Origin: Nanobdellota archaeon
Lineage (GTDB): Archaea; Nanobdellota; Nanobdellia; Pacearchaeales; GW2011-AR1
DNA: 64,000 nt
NCBI GenBank assembly: GCA_038045385.1
Contig: JBBSYE010000001.1
Span: forward strand, 42,165 to 106,164
Direction: 5' to 3'
Shown here: one piece after another, positions 28,955 through 39,282 of the stretch
Position numbering within the stretch: position 1 is the stretch's first letter
How the letters are laid out: every line of letters starts with the position of its first letter
Position numbers and translations under genes: made by a program
Notes under the pieces: generated by a model
The model's database searches: none
What the model was told of the DNA's origin: nothing
Seen by the model: the letters and a program-made list of their open reading frames with translations, nothing else

Positions 28955-29821
28955 CTATCTACAAGAGATTCTTCCGCCATCCAAATCATATTCCATCTTC
29001 AACCAATCAAAGTTTAATTCGTTTGCCTTGCTGCAAAATTCTGCTGGTTGTAACTCATATTCTACGCCAAAAACAGCCTTATCTTGTTCAATAAATGGCA
29101 AAAGAGTTTCGCACTCGTCATATTCAAAACATTGTTCATTTAAAGCAAAATCAAAATAATCAACTAATTCGGGAATTTGCTCTAAGTCATTTTTCAAACC
29201 AACTGTTAATCCTCTTTTATGAGATTCTTCTGCAAGCCATTTGTTATAAACCAATTGGTCTTGATAGGTTAAATCAAACCCATTATCGTTCAAATAACCG
29301 TCCACATTATCTGGCTCAACACCATCACAACCCTTTTCTACTGCTAAATCCAATCTGTTCCTCATAATCGGCGCAAGCAAGTCAATTTTGGAAATGTCAA
29401 GCCATTTCTCATCTTCCCATCCTTCAAGAGTTTTTCCCTGAACCTCATTTGGAAAATCATCTTTGTCAATTCTCCAGTTTTCATAACTTCCAGCACTAAA
29501 ATAGCAAATAACCTTTATACCTCTATTTTGCAACGCATTTATTACTTCTTTTGAATTATCAAATAAATCCAGATCATACATATCAACATCATGGTTCTGA
29601 TTTATTGTTCCCAGTAATTGCCATTGCCACGATGTATTTGGATTTGGTTTCCACCAAACGATGTTCTCTACGTCTTCATCAGTTTGCACTTCTCCTAGTT
29701 CTGATTCATTTGCTTCAACTGGTTCAGAGAGATCATCTTCTGCTATTTTTTTTGCAGTATAGCCACCAAGCAAAAGAATTCCTATAAACATTAGCACTAA
29801 CAACTCTTTTTTAATTTCCAT
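28955..29821 (-). CDS. Secreted glycoside hydrolase family 114-like (endo-alpha-1,4-polygalactosaminidase-like) protein
   Basis: Signal peptide, then the WQWQL motif, VICYFSAGSYENWR and VDGYLNDNG, consistent with the GH114 TIM-barrel. Confidence 0.6.
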   Translation of the reverse strand: MEIKKELLVLMFIGILLLGGYTAKKIAEDDLSEPVEANESELGEVQTDEDVENIVWWKPNPNTSWQWQLLGTINQNHDVDMYDLDLFDNSKEVINALQNRGIKVICYFSAGSYENWRIDKDDFPNEVQGKTLEGWEDEKWLDISKIDLLAPIMRNRLDLAVEKGCDGVEPDNVDGYLNDNGFDLTYQDQLVYNKWLAEESHKRGLTVGLKNDLEQIPELVDYFDFALNEQCFEYDECETLLPFIEQDKAVFGVEYELQPAEFCSKANELNFDWLKMEYDLDGGRISCR

Positions 29822-29934
29822 TTTATTTTAATATTAACATAATATTATATTATCCATTACCTCTAATCACTATCATAATAATTTTGATTTTTATAAATCT
29901 TCCGAGTTCGACTCTTCTAAAAAATCTCCATTCC

Positions 29935-30405
29935 TTATTTATATTGAAGAGAACATTTGCAATTATTTCTTAGCTTAACAAAACTCATAACTTCACTCTT
30001 AACACTAGTAAAGAAAGCCTTATCTTTCGGATGCGTCAATAAATTCGCGACATCATCAATATCAACCCATCTGGCCTCCGGATTTTCAGGATCTTCTGGC
30101 GCAATCTTATCATTATTTGTAGTAAAAAGTAATATTGTAATGACCTTTAACTCATCGAGATTATCTTTATTTTCACTAGTCATCTTATGTCTTTCATAAG
30201 TTCCAAGTTCTTTTACAAATTCTAAATCCGACACACCACTCTCTTCTTTAATTTCTCTTTTAGCCGCAACTAACGCGCGCTCTCCCTTTTCCAAATGTCC
30301 CTTCGGCAATGACCATGCTCTACCACGTTGACTAACAACAAGAACCTTATTCTCATTATTCAGCACAACACCGCCAGCACTATAAGTTCTTCTCATGCAC
30401 CCCAA
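29935..30405 (-). CDS. NUDIX hydrolase
   Basis: Nudix box GHLEKGERALVAAKREIKEESGV. Confidence 0.85.
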   Translation of the reverse strand: MGCMRRTYSAGGVVLNNENKVLVVSQRGRAWSLPKGHLEKGERALVAAKREIKEESGVSDLEFVKELGTYERHKMTSENKDNLDELKVITILLFTTNNDKIAPEDPENPEARWVDIDDVANLLTHPKDKAFFTSVKSEVMSFVKLRNNCKCSLQYK

Positions 30406-32123
30406 CTTCCATTCTTTCTTCTTTTAATTTCCGCTAACTCTTGCAAAACTCCAAGTTCTTGCGCATTAAGCAAATCTTTATTTTTCTTGAAAGCTTTAAA
30501 TTGCATCTCCGAAATATTCGAATACAAGAATTTCTTATCCGAGAGTTGTCGTTCAAAATTTACTCCAGTAAGAGAGAGCGCCACCTCCAATCCGGCTTCA
30601 GCTTCATTAACACTCTTTTTATCAGACTGAATTCCCTTTACATGCGCAATCTCTTCTCCAGCATTATCAATTAAAGGGATCCCCACTCTCAACTTGCCCC
30701 CAAGCACTTTAACTCCAAATATCGCAGGATTAGAATTTCTAAAAACATATTGGCTAAGTATTTGTAGCTTACAAATCGTAGCCAACCCCATCAGTCTTTC
30801 TTTTTCAATCTCCTTAGTCTTTTTCTCTCTCCAAAGTTTCAAATCATCAATCAACTTATAAACAACATCGTGCGTAAATATTTTAACATTTCCTTTATCA
30901 ACCTCTTCAATCGGAACATTAAACCCAACAATAACTCCATCAAGTTCGTTAGTCTGCATTATCGCTTTAGCCGCACTTATATCAGCTTTTCCAATAGGCC
31001 CAATTGAGGCTTTCAAAATAGAAACTTGCGCCTGTCTCAACAATACAAGTAAAGCTTCAAGACTTCCAAGTGAATCTGCTTTCGCAATTATTCCACTTGA
31101 ATCTAGCTCAATAGAACCCGAAACTTCTTTTTTAAATCTCGATTTAATTTCCTCTAAATTTCCTCTGATTTCCTCAAACGGCATTCCCGGCAAGATATCT
31201 TCAGTATTAGCAAGCCTCAATCTCAAACCCGTCGCCGCCAAAACAGAAGACGCGGATTTATATTTAAAAGACAAAGGTTGTATCTCCTCAATCGCACGAA
31301 TTTTAGTAATTATCGGCTCTCCAAAACTAGCGATAGCAATTTCATCGCCTTCATCAATTTTCCCATCGTAAATAATCGCCTCAACTTGCTCCATGCTTTT
31401 CTCTTTCTTAATCTCAAGAATGACTCCCTTTGCCTCTTCAGTCAAAGTCAATTGTTCAGTCAAGAATCTTTGACATAATCCACATAGCATAAAGAGAAGC
31501 TCAGAAATTCCCTGTCCAGTCCGAGCAGAACAAGGCACTATAGCAACTTGCTTCTTAAAATCCTCAATCTCGTAATACAAACTAGATTCAAAACCATGAC
31601 TATGTAAAGAACCCTGAAATGTAAAGAGAGCAGTGTCAAATTCCTCTCTCACATTAACAGGCAACATATCAATACTCTCTTTCATTGAATCTCTGCGTTT
31701 CCAGCCAGATAAATTATCAATTTTATTCAACGCAATAACAAAAGGAGTTTTATGCGTCTTTAATATAGAAAGCACTTCAGCAGTTTGCGGTTTTATTCCT
31801 TCTTTAATATCAACAACAACAATCGCTAAATCCGCCAACGAACCCCCTCTCTTCCGCAAATTAGTAAAAGCAGCATGTCCAGGCGTATCAATAAAAAGAA
31901 ATCCAGGAATTTTAATATCAACATTCTTCTCTTTTATAAGCGGGCACATCTCATGCACTTTCTCAATTGGAAATCTAGTAAATGAAATCTTCTGCGTTAT
32001 CCCCCCCGCTTCGCCTTCCTGCACACTCGAGCCTCTAAAGGCATCAAGTAAAGATGTTTTGCCGTGGTCTACGTGACCGCATACTGTTATGATTGGCTGA
32101 CGTATTTTAGTTTCGTTTGTCAT
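30393..32123 (-). CDS. infB: Translation initiation factor aIF5B (IF-2 homolog)
   Basis: 576 aa with PIITVCGHVDHGKTSLLD and DTPGH, four-domain aIF5B architecture. Confidence 0.85.
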   Translation of the reverse strand: MTNETKIRQPIITVCGHVDHGKTSLLDAFRGSSVQEGEAGGITQKISFTRFPIEKVHEMCPLIKEKNVDIKIPGFLFIDTPGHAAFTNLRKRGGSLADLAIVVVDIKEGIKPQTAEVLSILKTHKTPFVIALNKIDNLSGWKRRDSMKESIDMLPVNVREEFDTALFTFQGSLHSHGFESSLYYEIEDFKKQVAIVPCSARTGQGISELLFMLCGLCQRFLTEQLTLTEEAKGVILEIKKEKSMEQVEAIIYDGKIDEGDEIAIASFGEPIITKIRAIEEIQPLSFKYKSASSVLAATGLRLRLANTEDILPGMPFEEIRGNLEEIKSRFKKEVSGSIELDSSGIIAKADSLGSLEALLVLLRQAQVSILKASIGPIGKADISAAKAIMQTNELDGVIVGFNVPIEEVDKGNVKIFTHDVVYKLIDDLKLWREKKTKEIEKERLMGLATICKLQILSQYVFRNSNPAIFGVKVLGGKLRVGIPLIDNAGEEIAHVKGIQSDKKSVNEAEAGLEVALSLTGVNFERQLSDKKFLYSNISEMQFKAFKKNKDLLNAQELGVLQELAEIKRRKNGSWGA

Positions 32124-32161
32124 AATAAAGACACAAAGAGTAGATTTAAAAAGGTTAACTA

Positions 32162-32485
32162 ATGGTAAAAATTATGGGCTTAAGTGAATTTAGAGAATTA
32201 ATAAATGATAAAAAATCAAGAAATATGATAATCAGAGGAATAATAGGAACAACAATCTTGGCAGGAGGAGGCGGTGTAGCTACTTATCTTTTAGTGGATA
32301 GTTCTCGTATAGACTTAATTTATCATAAAGACATTAACGGAGATGGAAGAGAAGATATAGTAAACCAATCGGGCTCAAAATCTAGACCTGCGTACGAAGT
32401 CTTCCTCCAAGAAGGTAACGGGGAATTTGTTAGAAGTTACAGATTTTCAGGAAAAGAAATAACTTCTAAATTATCAGGTAAATAA
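32162..32485 (+). CDS. Membrane-anchored hypothetical protein
   Basis: 107 aa with an N-terminal TM segment. Confidence 0.35.
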   Translation: MVKIMGLSEFRELINDKKSRNMIIRGIIGTTILAGGGGVATYLLVDSSRIDLIYHKDINGDGREDIVNQSGSKSRPAYEVFLQEGNGEFVRSYRFSGKEITSKLSGK

Positions 32486-32547
32486 TAAATAAAATCTTAA
32501 ATTTCTACTCGGCATAGTTTTTTAAACATTCATAAAATTGTCAAGAA

Positions 32548-32949
32548 ATGAAAAGAATAGAAGAACCTCAAGTCCGTTCAGAATATCTACATCGTGATCA
32601 CCCTGGAGTTTATCGCTGCCTTGTTAAGATTGGTGAAAATGTCAAAGGAATTTCAAGACCAAGAATTATTGACACCTATCCTCTTGAAGAAGTAGGTGCA
32701 AAATATTTACATGAAATTCTTAAGAAGCCATGTTGTGCTTCAGGAGTTGAAGAAAGCCAACTCTACAATCGTCTAGAAAGAATTGGGATAGATAAGACCT
32801 TTGCTAAAAGAATGCTTGATGAAATAATAAAAAATAATTTATTTGTATTTACAGAAGCAGGCGAAGGCTATAAGGGTATAGAAGGATTTAATCTATCTCG
32901 TATTGAGAGAAAAGGAAAATTTTACTACCATCGCAAAGACAAAATCTAA
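32548..32949 (+). CDS. Hypothetical protein
   Basis: 133-aa ORF. Confidence 0.35.
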   Translation: MKRIEEPQVRSEYLHRDHPGVYRCLVKIGENVKGISRPRIIDTYPLEEVGAKYLHEILKKPCCASGVEESQLYNRLERIGIDKTFAKRMLDEIIKNNLFVFTEAGEGYKGIEGFNLSRIERKGKFYYHRKDKI

Positions 32950-33000
32950 CTAGCAACAAAACACATTAATCTTTTTATACCCTCAATTATGCGATAATTC

Positions 33001-33438
33001 ATGACCAAAGAAGGCTACGGAATAGAAGGCGAAAGTCAAGGTAAAAATCCAAAACCCCAAGTAGTTTATCCTGCAGATATTATAGAGAGAGGAACCGCTC
33101 GCAAGCCCTATGAAATTTTTAGAGCAAGACTATCAAAATCTCCTCGAAGCAATCCAAATAACATCGGGATAAGAATTCTCAAATCAGATTACTCTGCATT
33201 AGTCGGCTTGGGCTTTGAAATTACTCCAAGAGAATCAGAGCTAATCTTCCCCTATCAAGAACCTAGAAATGGAGAATTAAAGGGTCTATCAAGAAATCTA
33301 ATTAATTTACTAGAGAAAAAATCTAAAGAAGAGGCAGATAGAATAAGAGCAAGTTTAATATTATCATCAGAAGAAATTTCAGACGAGATAAATTTCGAAG
33401 GTCTTCTTGAATTAGAAGACAATAATCCAAAACTCTAA
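33001..33438 (+). CDS. Hypothetical protein
   Basis: 145-aa ORF. Confidence 0.35.
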   Translation: MTKEGYGIEGESQGKNPKPQVVYPADIIERGTARKPYEIFRARLSKSPRSNPNNIGIRILKSDYSALVGLGFEITPRESELIFPYQEPRNGELKGLSRNLINLLEKKSKEEADRIRASLILSSEEISDEINFEGLLELEDNNPKL

Positions 33439-33737
33439 AATTCAACTTCTTCCATTTCAACTTTTTGAGTTGGCTTTTTAGAAACGTCTGTTTTCTCACG
33501 CTTAATCTCTTCGCCTATTATCTCGGCCAAATCTTTTTCATCAATAGAATTTATCGCGGCCTTAAACACGGCAAACTTATCCGCAGGAATTCTAGTTCCC
33601 GCTTTAGTAAATCCAGTATATCTTTCAGATTTCACGAACTCGCGAATAGTAAGCCCCTTGCGCCCGTTAAAATCATCAATTCTAATTACTATATCAGTCT
33701 CATGATTCTTTGCAATTCTATCAATGTCTTTTTCCAT
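33435..33737 (-). CDS. PC4/Sub1-like ssDNA-binding transcriptional coactivator homolog
   Basis: IVIRIDDFNGRKGLTIREFVKSERYTGFTKAGTRIPADKFAVFKAAINSID follows the PC4 C-terminal domain pattern (V.VREF...IDIREY...PGKKGISL). Confidence 0.45.
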   Translation of the reverse strand: MEKDIDRIAKNHETDIVIRIDDFNGRKGLTIREFVKSERYTGFTKAGTRIPADKFAVFKAAINSIDEKDLAEIIGEEIKREKTDVSKKPTQKVEMEEVEF

Positions 33738-33784
33738 ATTAAATCCGAGTTTAAGAGCTATAAAAGCTTTGTTATTCCAATACG

Positions 33785-36037
33785 CTAACCAATAACCTCA
33801 CTGCATCCAAAGGAAAGAGAACAAGTAGTTATGTTAACTATTCCGTTCAAAGGCTGAACAATCCAATATCCTTTTGTTGAAACAGGATTTTGTGGATTCC
33901 AAATAATTCCTTCTGAAAAAGTTATTGTTCTGTCCACGCGAGAAAATCTAACTCCTTCACTATAATTTCCATCAACAGAATATCCTGCACTATCAAGAGG
34001 ACTAAATCTCCAGACTTTTCTCCCACCAGAAGCCATTCCAGTTAGAACATAATCATTACCCCAATGAGCCAGTTCTTTCCAAGATTTTCCAGCACCATAA
34101 GCATCTCCTGTTCTATCATTATCAAGCAAACTCTGTCTATCAGAAAAACCAGCAATCAAATTAAACTCAGCAAGAGTATTAGACAGCATATCGCGATCTT
34201 CATCAATTCTTAGCAAATCCGCTTCAGGAGTTATCATAGCCCCCCCATTACAAATTGAAGAAGGTGCCCAAAATATAAAATCATCCGCACCAGCTAAAGC
34301 AGAATGTAAAACACTCTCCTGCCAATAGTCAGTATTAGCCATAGCCACTAGAGGACCACCCAAATCGCACTCCTCATTTGTACCTCCTTCCCAGCTTTTT
34401 CTTGCAATCCACGGAATTACCTTGTCTTCGTCATTGAGGACAGAAGCACGCATTTGATTAACACTATATCTGAAAGAGTTAAAACTAGTAGAAGGATAAT
34501 TTATTCCATCAGGCCCATTACCAGCTAATGTAATTTGCCCCAACCAACCATAAAGATTAGGCGATTGTCTATTTCCTATATGAATATCATCTTGGGGATT
34601 AAGACCAGGCGCACTAATAGTAGCAATACCATTTCCATTTAAGTCTTCAAGTGGAACATCTCCCGAGCCAGCAACAATAGTATCCCAATTATTCGCACTA
34701 CCATAGCTTGCATATTTTATATTCGGAAATAAGTTTTGCGAAGTATTTAAAAAGGAAATATTAAAATAATCGCGCCTATGTATTTCAGTTACCATATTCC
34801 ATATTCTATAGGCATAGCCCACTCTATTATCCACATTATCAACAAGATATTGCCCATTTTGCATCTCCACATTTACAAGATATTCTGGAAAACCCATGCT
34901 TGCCCTAATAGCCTCATATCCGGAGTCTGCACCAATTGCCCTCCAGCGTGCTTCTTGATTAGAGAGATTTATTTGACTATCTATTTGCCAGTTACTAAAC
35001 CCTGATTCTATATCTGTTAATAGTATATCAAGTTCGCCCTCTTCACCACTTCCTTGATTTTTATACAGACGCATTAACTCCTCCACAAATAAAGCAGTTT
35101 CATCAGCCCCATTATCCCACCAGATAAGATTAGCTGTGCTTTCTATTCCTGAAACACCATCATCTTGAATTTCCTCTTCACTAAAACTAATTCTATCATC
35201 AATGTTTCTTGTAAGTAAACTAGACTGGTCATCCCTAGTAAGAATTATCATGGCTTTTTTACCATTCGGTTGTCCCATCAAGAAATTTCTTGCAATATCA
35301 ACTTGGCTTAAATCACCTCCAGCTGGGCCATTTCCTTGGTAATGATAAATATGCGAAATAAATGGCTCATTCACAGGACCTATTGTCCATGCTAATGCGA
35401 AAAGATTATTTCTCGCAGGATCCTGTTCATTAGCATCATCCTCGCTAGAACATCCAGGGTCAAAAGGCCAATCTATCAAACCATCTCCATCATTCCCACT
35501 ATTTGCAGAAGAAGAGTCAGAATTATCAGAACAAGCAGCTTGATTTATTATCGGAGCAGTTTCATCAACATCACCATTTGAGCAAACAACAGGACTACCA
35601 ATTAGGGAACAAGCAGAAACTCCAATAATTCCAGCGACGTCAACATTAAATGATTGAGCAACATCAACATCAGAAATCTGATAAACTTTAGTTTCAAATG
35701 TTTCAGGAAAAAAAGTTGTTGAGAATGTCTCAATTCCATTAGGAGTATTAAATACCAACCTAACTCCATCAAGAGAACCTTCAGGCAATCCTCTACGAAC
35801 TTGAACAGAAGTTAGTCCCCTTGTAACGTCGGTAATGCAAGAAATAATCTGAAGATTTGCATTTATACAACTAGTTGCTCTATCAATTCCCACCGAACTT
35901 CCAGAGCCATCATCAGAAGAATCACCAAGAGAGAAAATCACATGCTTCACTCCAACCCATAAAATCCCAGCAGATATAACAACAAGCAATATAATAAGCA
36001 CAGAAGTAACTATGCCTGACAAACCCCCTTTTAACAT
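33785..36037 (-). CDS. Large secreted/surface protein (750 aa) with class III (prepilin-like) signal peptide; paralog A
   Basis: N-terminus MLKGGLSGIVTSVLIILLVVISAGILWV. Long blocks are conserved with the 36081..38177 gene (RLVFNTPNGI, GVSACSLIGSPVVCS, DIESGFSNW, GSGDVPL...ISAPGL...GNRQSPNLYGWLGQIT...GPDGINYP...FNSFRYSVNQMRA, WQESVLHSALAGADDFIFWAP). Confidence 0.7.
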   Translation of the reverse strand: MLKGGLSGIVTSVLIILLVVISAGILWVGVKHVIFSLGDSSDDGSGSSVGIDRATSCINANLQIISCITDVTRGLTSVQVRRGLPEGSLDGVRLVFNTPNGIETFSTTFFPETFETKVYQISDVDVAQSFNVDVAGIIGVSACSLIGSPVVCSNGDVDETAPIINQAACSDNSDSSSANSGNDGDGLIDWPFDPGCSSEDDANEQDPARNNLFALAWTIGPVNEPFISHIYHYQGNGPAGGDLSQVDIARNFLMGQPNGKKAMIILTRDDQSSLLTRNIDDRISFSEEEIQDDGVSGIESTANLIWWDNGADETALFVEELMRLYKNQGSGEEGELDILLTDIESGFSNWQIDSQINLSNQEARWRAIGADSGYEAIRASMGFPEYLVNVEMQNGQYLVDNVDNRVGYAYRIWNMVTEIHRRDYFNISFLNTSQNLFPNIKYASYGSANNWDTIVAGSGDVPLEDLNGNGIATISAPGLNPQDDIHIGNRQSPNLYGWLGQITLAGNGPDGINYPSTSFNSFRYSVNQMRASVLNDEDKVIPWIARKSWEGGTNEECDLGGPLVAMANTDYWQESVLHSALAGADDFIFWAPSSICNGGAMITPEADLLRIDEDRDMLSNTLAEFNLIAGFSDRQSLLDNDRTGDAYGAGKSWKELAHWGNDYVLTGMASGGRKVWRFSPLDSAGYSVDGNYSEGVRFSRVDRTITFSEGIIWNPQNPVSTKGYWIVQPLNGIVNITTCSLSFGCSEVIG

Positions 36038-36072
36038 TTCAAAATATGGAAAACATCATTAAAAAACTCTTC
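36028..36072. repeat. Duplicated promoter/5' region (copy 1), ~45 nt identical to 38168..38212
   Basis: On the gene strand this reads GAAGAGTTTTTTAATGATGTTTTCCATATTTTGAA|ATG. The TATA-like TTTTTTAATGA lies about 29 nt before the ATG, suggesting a leaderless transcript. The plus strand carries ATGGAAAACATCATTAAAAAACTCTTC, a copy of the dus 5' end. Confidence 0.6.
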
Positions 36073-36080
36073 TACTATCT

Positions 36081-38177
36081 TTAATTTGCAGATGGCTCTC
36101 GTGCATCAGACGCCTGCACTATCCATTTTCCACAACTTGAAACTGAACTGGCAGGAGTGTAAACTCGCGCCTGCTCAAAAATAATGTTCTTCGTCGCACT
36201 CTTGCATGAAACTTGATTGTTCGCAATATTTGTGCAATCAACATTAGAACAAGAAGAACCAGACAAAGAAACTTCAGGAGCAAATCTCCAGACTTTTCTT
36301 CCTCCAGACAACATCCCAGTCAAAACAAAATCTTCTCCCCAAGGAGCAAGTTCCTTCCAGGGCTTTCCAGAGCCGTAATAATCTCCAGTTCCGTCGTTAT
36401 CAAGTAAACTCCTTTTATCTGAAAATCCGGCGATTGTGTTAAATTCAGCGAGAGTACCTGATAATTTTTCTTGATCACTATCAAGCCCCGCAGGGTTAGG
36501 ATTTTGTGGTGCCCAAAATATAAAATCATCCGCACCAGCTAAAGCAGAATGTAAAACACTCTCCTGCCAGAAATCACTATTGACCATCCCTATTTGAGGC
36601 CCTCCAGAATCTCCAGGAAAACTTCGTCTTGCAATCCATGGAGTGACTTTGTCATCATCGTTCAAAACTGTCGCTCGCATTTGATTAACACTATATCTAA
36701 ATGAATTAAAAGCACTATTTGGATAATTTATTCCATCAGGCCCTCTTCCTGACCAAGTAATCTGTCCAAGCCATCCGTACAAGTTAGGTCCTTGTCTATT
36801 TCCAGCATGAAAAATATCTCCGCTCCCAAGTCCAGGCGCACTGATAGTCACAGTACCATGACTATTAATATCAATTAAAGGTACATCTCCTGAGCCAGAA
36901 ACAATTACGTCAAAATTATTCGCACTTTCATAATTTCCAAATTTTGCACCCTCAAAATTATTTTCCAAAGGTTCATAAAATGCCTTGTTGATATAATCTC
37001 TCTTTCTTTTTTCATTAACCAGATTCCAAATCTTATAATTATTTCCACTCTGCCAATTATGTACACTCGTTAAATCAGTAAAACCAATGTCGCTCTTTAT
37101 CTGAGCTATTCCCAGACCATTAACATCGTCGCTGATAGTTTTCCATTTAGCTTTCTGTGCTTCATCAGAAAAGCCCGAGCCAATATGCCAGTTGCTAAAC
37201 CCTGACTCTATATCAACAATCAAAAAGTCCAGTTCTCCTCCTTTTGATTTATATTTGCTAAGAAAATCATCTACTATAATTTTAGTATTTGTCGCCCCAT
37301 TATCCCACCAAATACAATTTGCAACCCCCCATTGTGTAGGGCAAATTGGATATCCGTCTGTTGAGTTTCCAGTCAACTTAAGCCAATCTATTGCAAGATT
37401 AAATATTATCATTGCTCTATGTCCTTCTGGTTGCTCGTCGAGAATACTTTTTGCCTCATTAGCTATAGAGTCTGCAGAATTTGCAGAATTATAACTGCTA
37501 TAAATTTTGCTTAGATAGGGTCTTTCTTCAGAGTTTGGATTGGACCACATAAGTGCGTAAATCTCTCCCTTTGATTTATCTTCATTCTCATCTTCATCAT
37601 CCGCGCTCACACAACCAGAGTCAGCGGGCCAATCGATAAGCCCATCGCTATCATTATCAATATCATCAGAACAAATCCCTTCAGTTTCATTAACTACTCG
37701 TTCTTCCACAACATCACCAGAACAAATCACAGGACTACCAATTAGGGAACAAGCAGAAACTCCAATAACTACAGAAATATCAACATTAGAAGCTCTAGAA
37801 ATTGCCTCATCCTCAATTCTATACACAATAGATGCAGAATAATTGGGGGCGACATTACTTGAATAGGTTTTTATTCCTTCAGGAGTATTAAATACCAACC
37901 TAACTCCTCCAATAGCCCCGCCGAAATCAACCCTTCGGACATTTACATAACTTATATTATCTATGTAATTTGTAAAGCAAGAATTTATTTGAAAACTTAC
38001 ATTAGCACAAACGATGTTGCTTTCCAAAACATCTTCTTCTTCTTCAACCACTCCAATATTATTATTAAGAGAACTAATTATTGGCTTAATACCAAACCAA
38101 AAGACGCCAAAACCCATAGCCAAAACGAGAATAAAAATAGTAAATATAACAACTCCAGAAATTCCTCTTTTTAACAT
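36081..38177 (-). CDS. Large secreted/surface protein (698 aa) with class III (prepilin-like) signal peptide; paralog B
   Basis: N-terminus MLKRGISGVVIFTIFILVLAMGFGVFWF (KRG then a hydrophobic segment). Tandem paralog of the 33785..36037 gene. Confidence 0.7.
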   Translation of the reverse strand: MLKRGISGVVIFTIFILVLAMGFGVFWFGIKPIISSLNNNIGVVEEEEDVLESNIVCANVSFQINSCFTNYIDNISYVNVRRVDFGGAIGGVRLVFNTPEGIKTYSSNVAPNYSASIVYRIEDEAISRASNVDISVVIGVSACSLIGSPVICSGDVVEERVVNETEGICSDDIDNDSDGLIDWPADSGCVSADDEDENEDKSKGEIYALMWSNPNSEERPYLSKIYSSYNSANSADSIANEAKSILDEQPEGHRAMIIFNLAIDWLKLTGNSTDGYPICPTQWGVANCIWWDNGATNTKIIVDDFLSKYKSKGGELDFLIVDIESGFSNWHIGSGFSDEAQKAKWKTISDDVNGLGIAQIKSDIGFTDLTSVHNWQSGNNYKIWNLVNEKRKRDYINKAFYEPLENNFEGAKFGNYESANNFDVIVSGSGDVPLIDINSHGTVTISAPGLGSGDIFHAGNRQGPNLYGWLGQITWSGRGPDGINYPNSAFNSFRYSVNQMRATVLNDDDKVTPWIARRSFPGDSGGPQIGMVNSDFWQESVLHSALAGADDFIFWAPQNPNPAGLDSDQEKLSGTLAEFNTIAGFSDKRSLLDNDGTGDYYGSGKPWKELAPWGEDFVLTGMLSGGRKVWRFAPEVSLSGSSCSNVDCTNIANNQVSCKSATKNIIFEQARVYTPASSVSSCGKWIVQASDAREPSAN

Positions 38178-38212
38178 TTTAAAATATGGAAAACATCATT
38201 AAAAAACTCTTC
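38168..38212. repeat. Duplicated promoter/5' region (copy 2), overlapping the dus start codon
   Basis: Identical to 36028..36072 apart from one mismatch. Confidence 0.6.
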
Positions 38213-39178
38213 GTAAAAAGTTATAAACATCTTATTTCTCTAAAGTGGATGACTCTACATATAGGAAAAATAAAACTCTCCAGTCCTTTACTCCTAGCGC
38301 CAATGGTAGACGTCACAGATATAGCTTATCGTATTCTATGTAGAAAATATGGCGCATCGTTGGCGTATACTGAAATGCTCAATATTGGGGCAATTTTGCA
38401 TGAAAACGAAAAGACAAAGCGCATGCTAATAACTTCAAGCGAAGACCGCCCACTAGGGATTCAAATTACCGCACCCAAAGTAGATGATTTCAAAAAAGTA
38501 ATTCCCTATATAAAAGAATACGATTTAGTAGACATAAATTGCGGTTGTCCATCAATAAGAATTACAGACAATGCATCAGGAAGTTATCTACTAAAAACTC
38601 CATTAAAAATCGCCAGTTATATCAAAGTTCTAAAATCCTCTGGCTATTCAGTGACCGCAAAAATCCGTCTAGGCTATAAGAAAAATAATGTGTTAAAAAT
38701 TGCAAAGATAATAGAAAAAGCTGGCGCAGATGCAATAACAATCCACGCTCGTCTTTCTCATGAAAGCTACAAAACTCCGGCAGATTGGCTTTGGATAAAA
38801 GAAGTCAAGAAAGCATTAAAAATTCCAGTAATCGGAAATGGCGACGTTAATTCAGGGGAATCAGCAAAAAAAATGCTTGAATGTGCAGACGCAGTCATGA
38901 TAGCACGTGCAGCGATAGGCAATCCCCTAATTTTCCGCAATATATTGCATTATCTTAAAACCGGTCAAGAGCTGCAAACAACAAAACACGAACGACTAAA
39001 TTCATTCTTAGAATATTTACAACTTGCAGAAAAGCACAAAGTCATCGAGCTACCACGAATAAAATCTCTCGGCGGTTATTTCTTATCTGACTTTCCAAAT
39101 TCCTCTAAAGCAAGAGCAAGCTTTATGCAATTAAAAACCCTAGATGAAATGAAAAAATTTATTAAAAAATTAATTTAA
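38186..39178 (+). CDS. dus: tRNA-dihydrouridine synthase
   Basis: 330 aa with LAPMVDVTDIAYRILCRKYGASLAYTEM and a FMN-binding TIM-barrel. Confidence 0.85.
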   Translation: MENIIKKLFVKSYKHLISLKWMTLHIGKIKLSSPLLLAPMVDVTDIAYRILCRKYGASLAYTEMLNIGAILHENEKTKRMLITSSEDRPLGIQITAPKVDDFKKVIPYIKEYDLVDINCGCPSIRITDNASGSYLLKTPLKIASYIKVLKSSGYSVTAKIRLGYKKNNVLKIAKIIEKAGADAITIHARLSHESYKTPADWLWIKEVKKALKIPVIGNGDVNSGESAKKMLECADAVMIARAAIGNPLIFRNILHYLKTGQELQTTKHERLNSFLEYLQLAEKHKVIELPRIKSLGGYFLSDFPNSSKARASFMQLKTLDEMKKFIKKLI

Positions 39179-39282
39179 AAAATAAACCCATCCTTGGCTT
39201 AGCAAGAATGGGTATATACAAACATAAAAGAGATAATCTCTTTTTAACCCTTTCGTTAGACTAATTGATTTTAAAGTGATAA

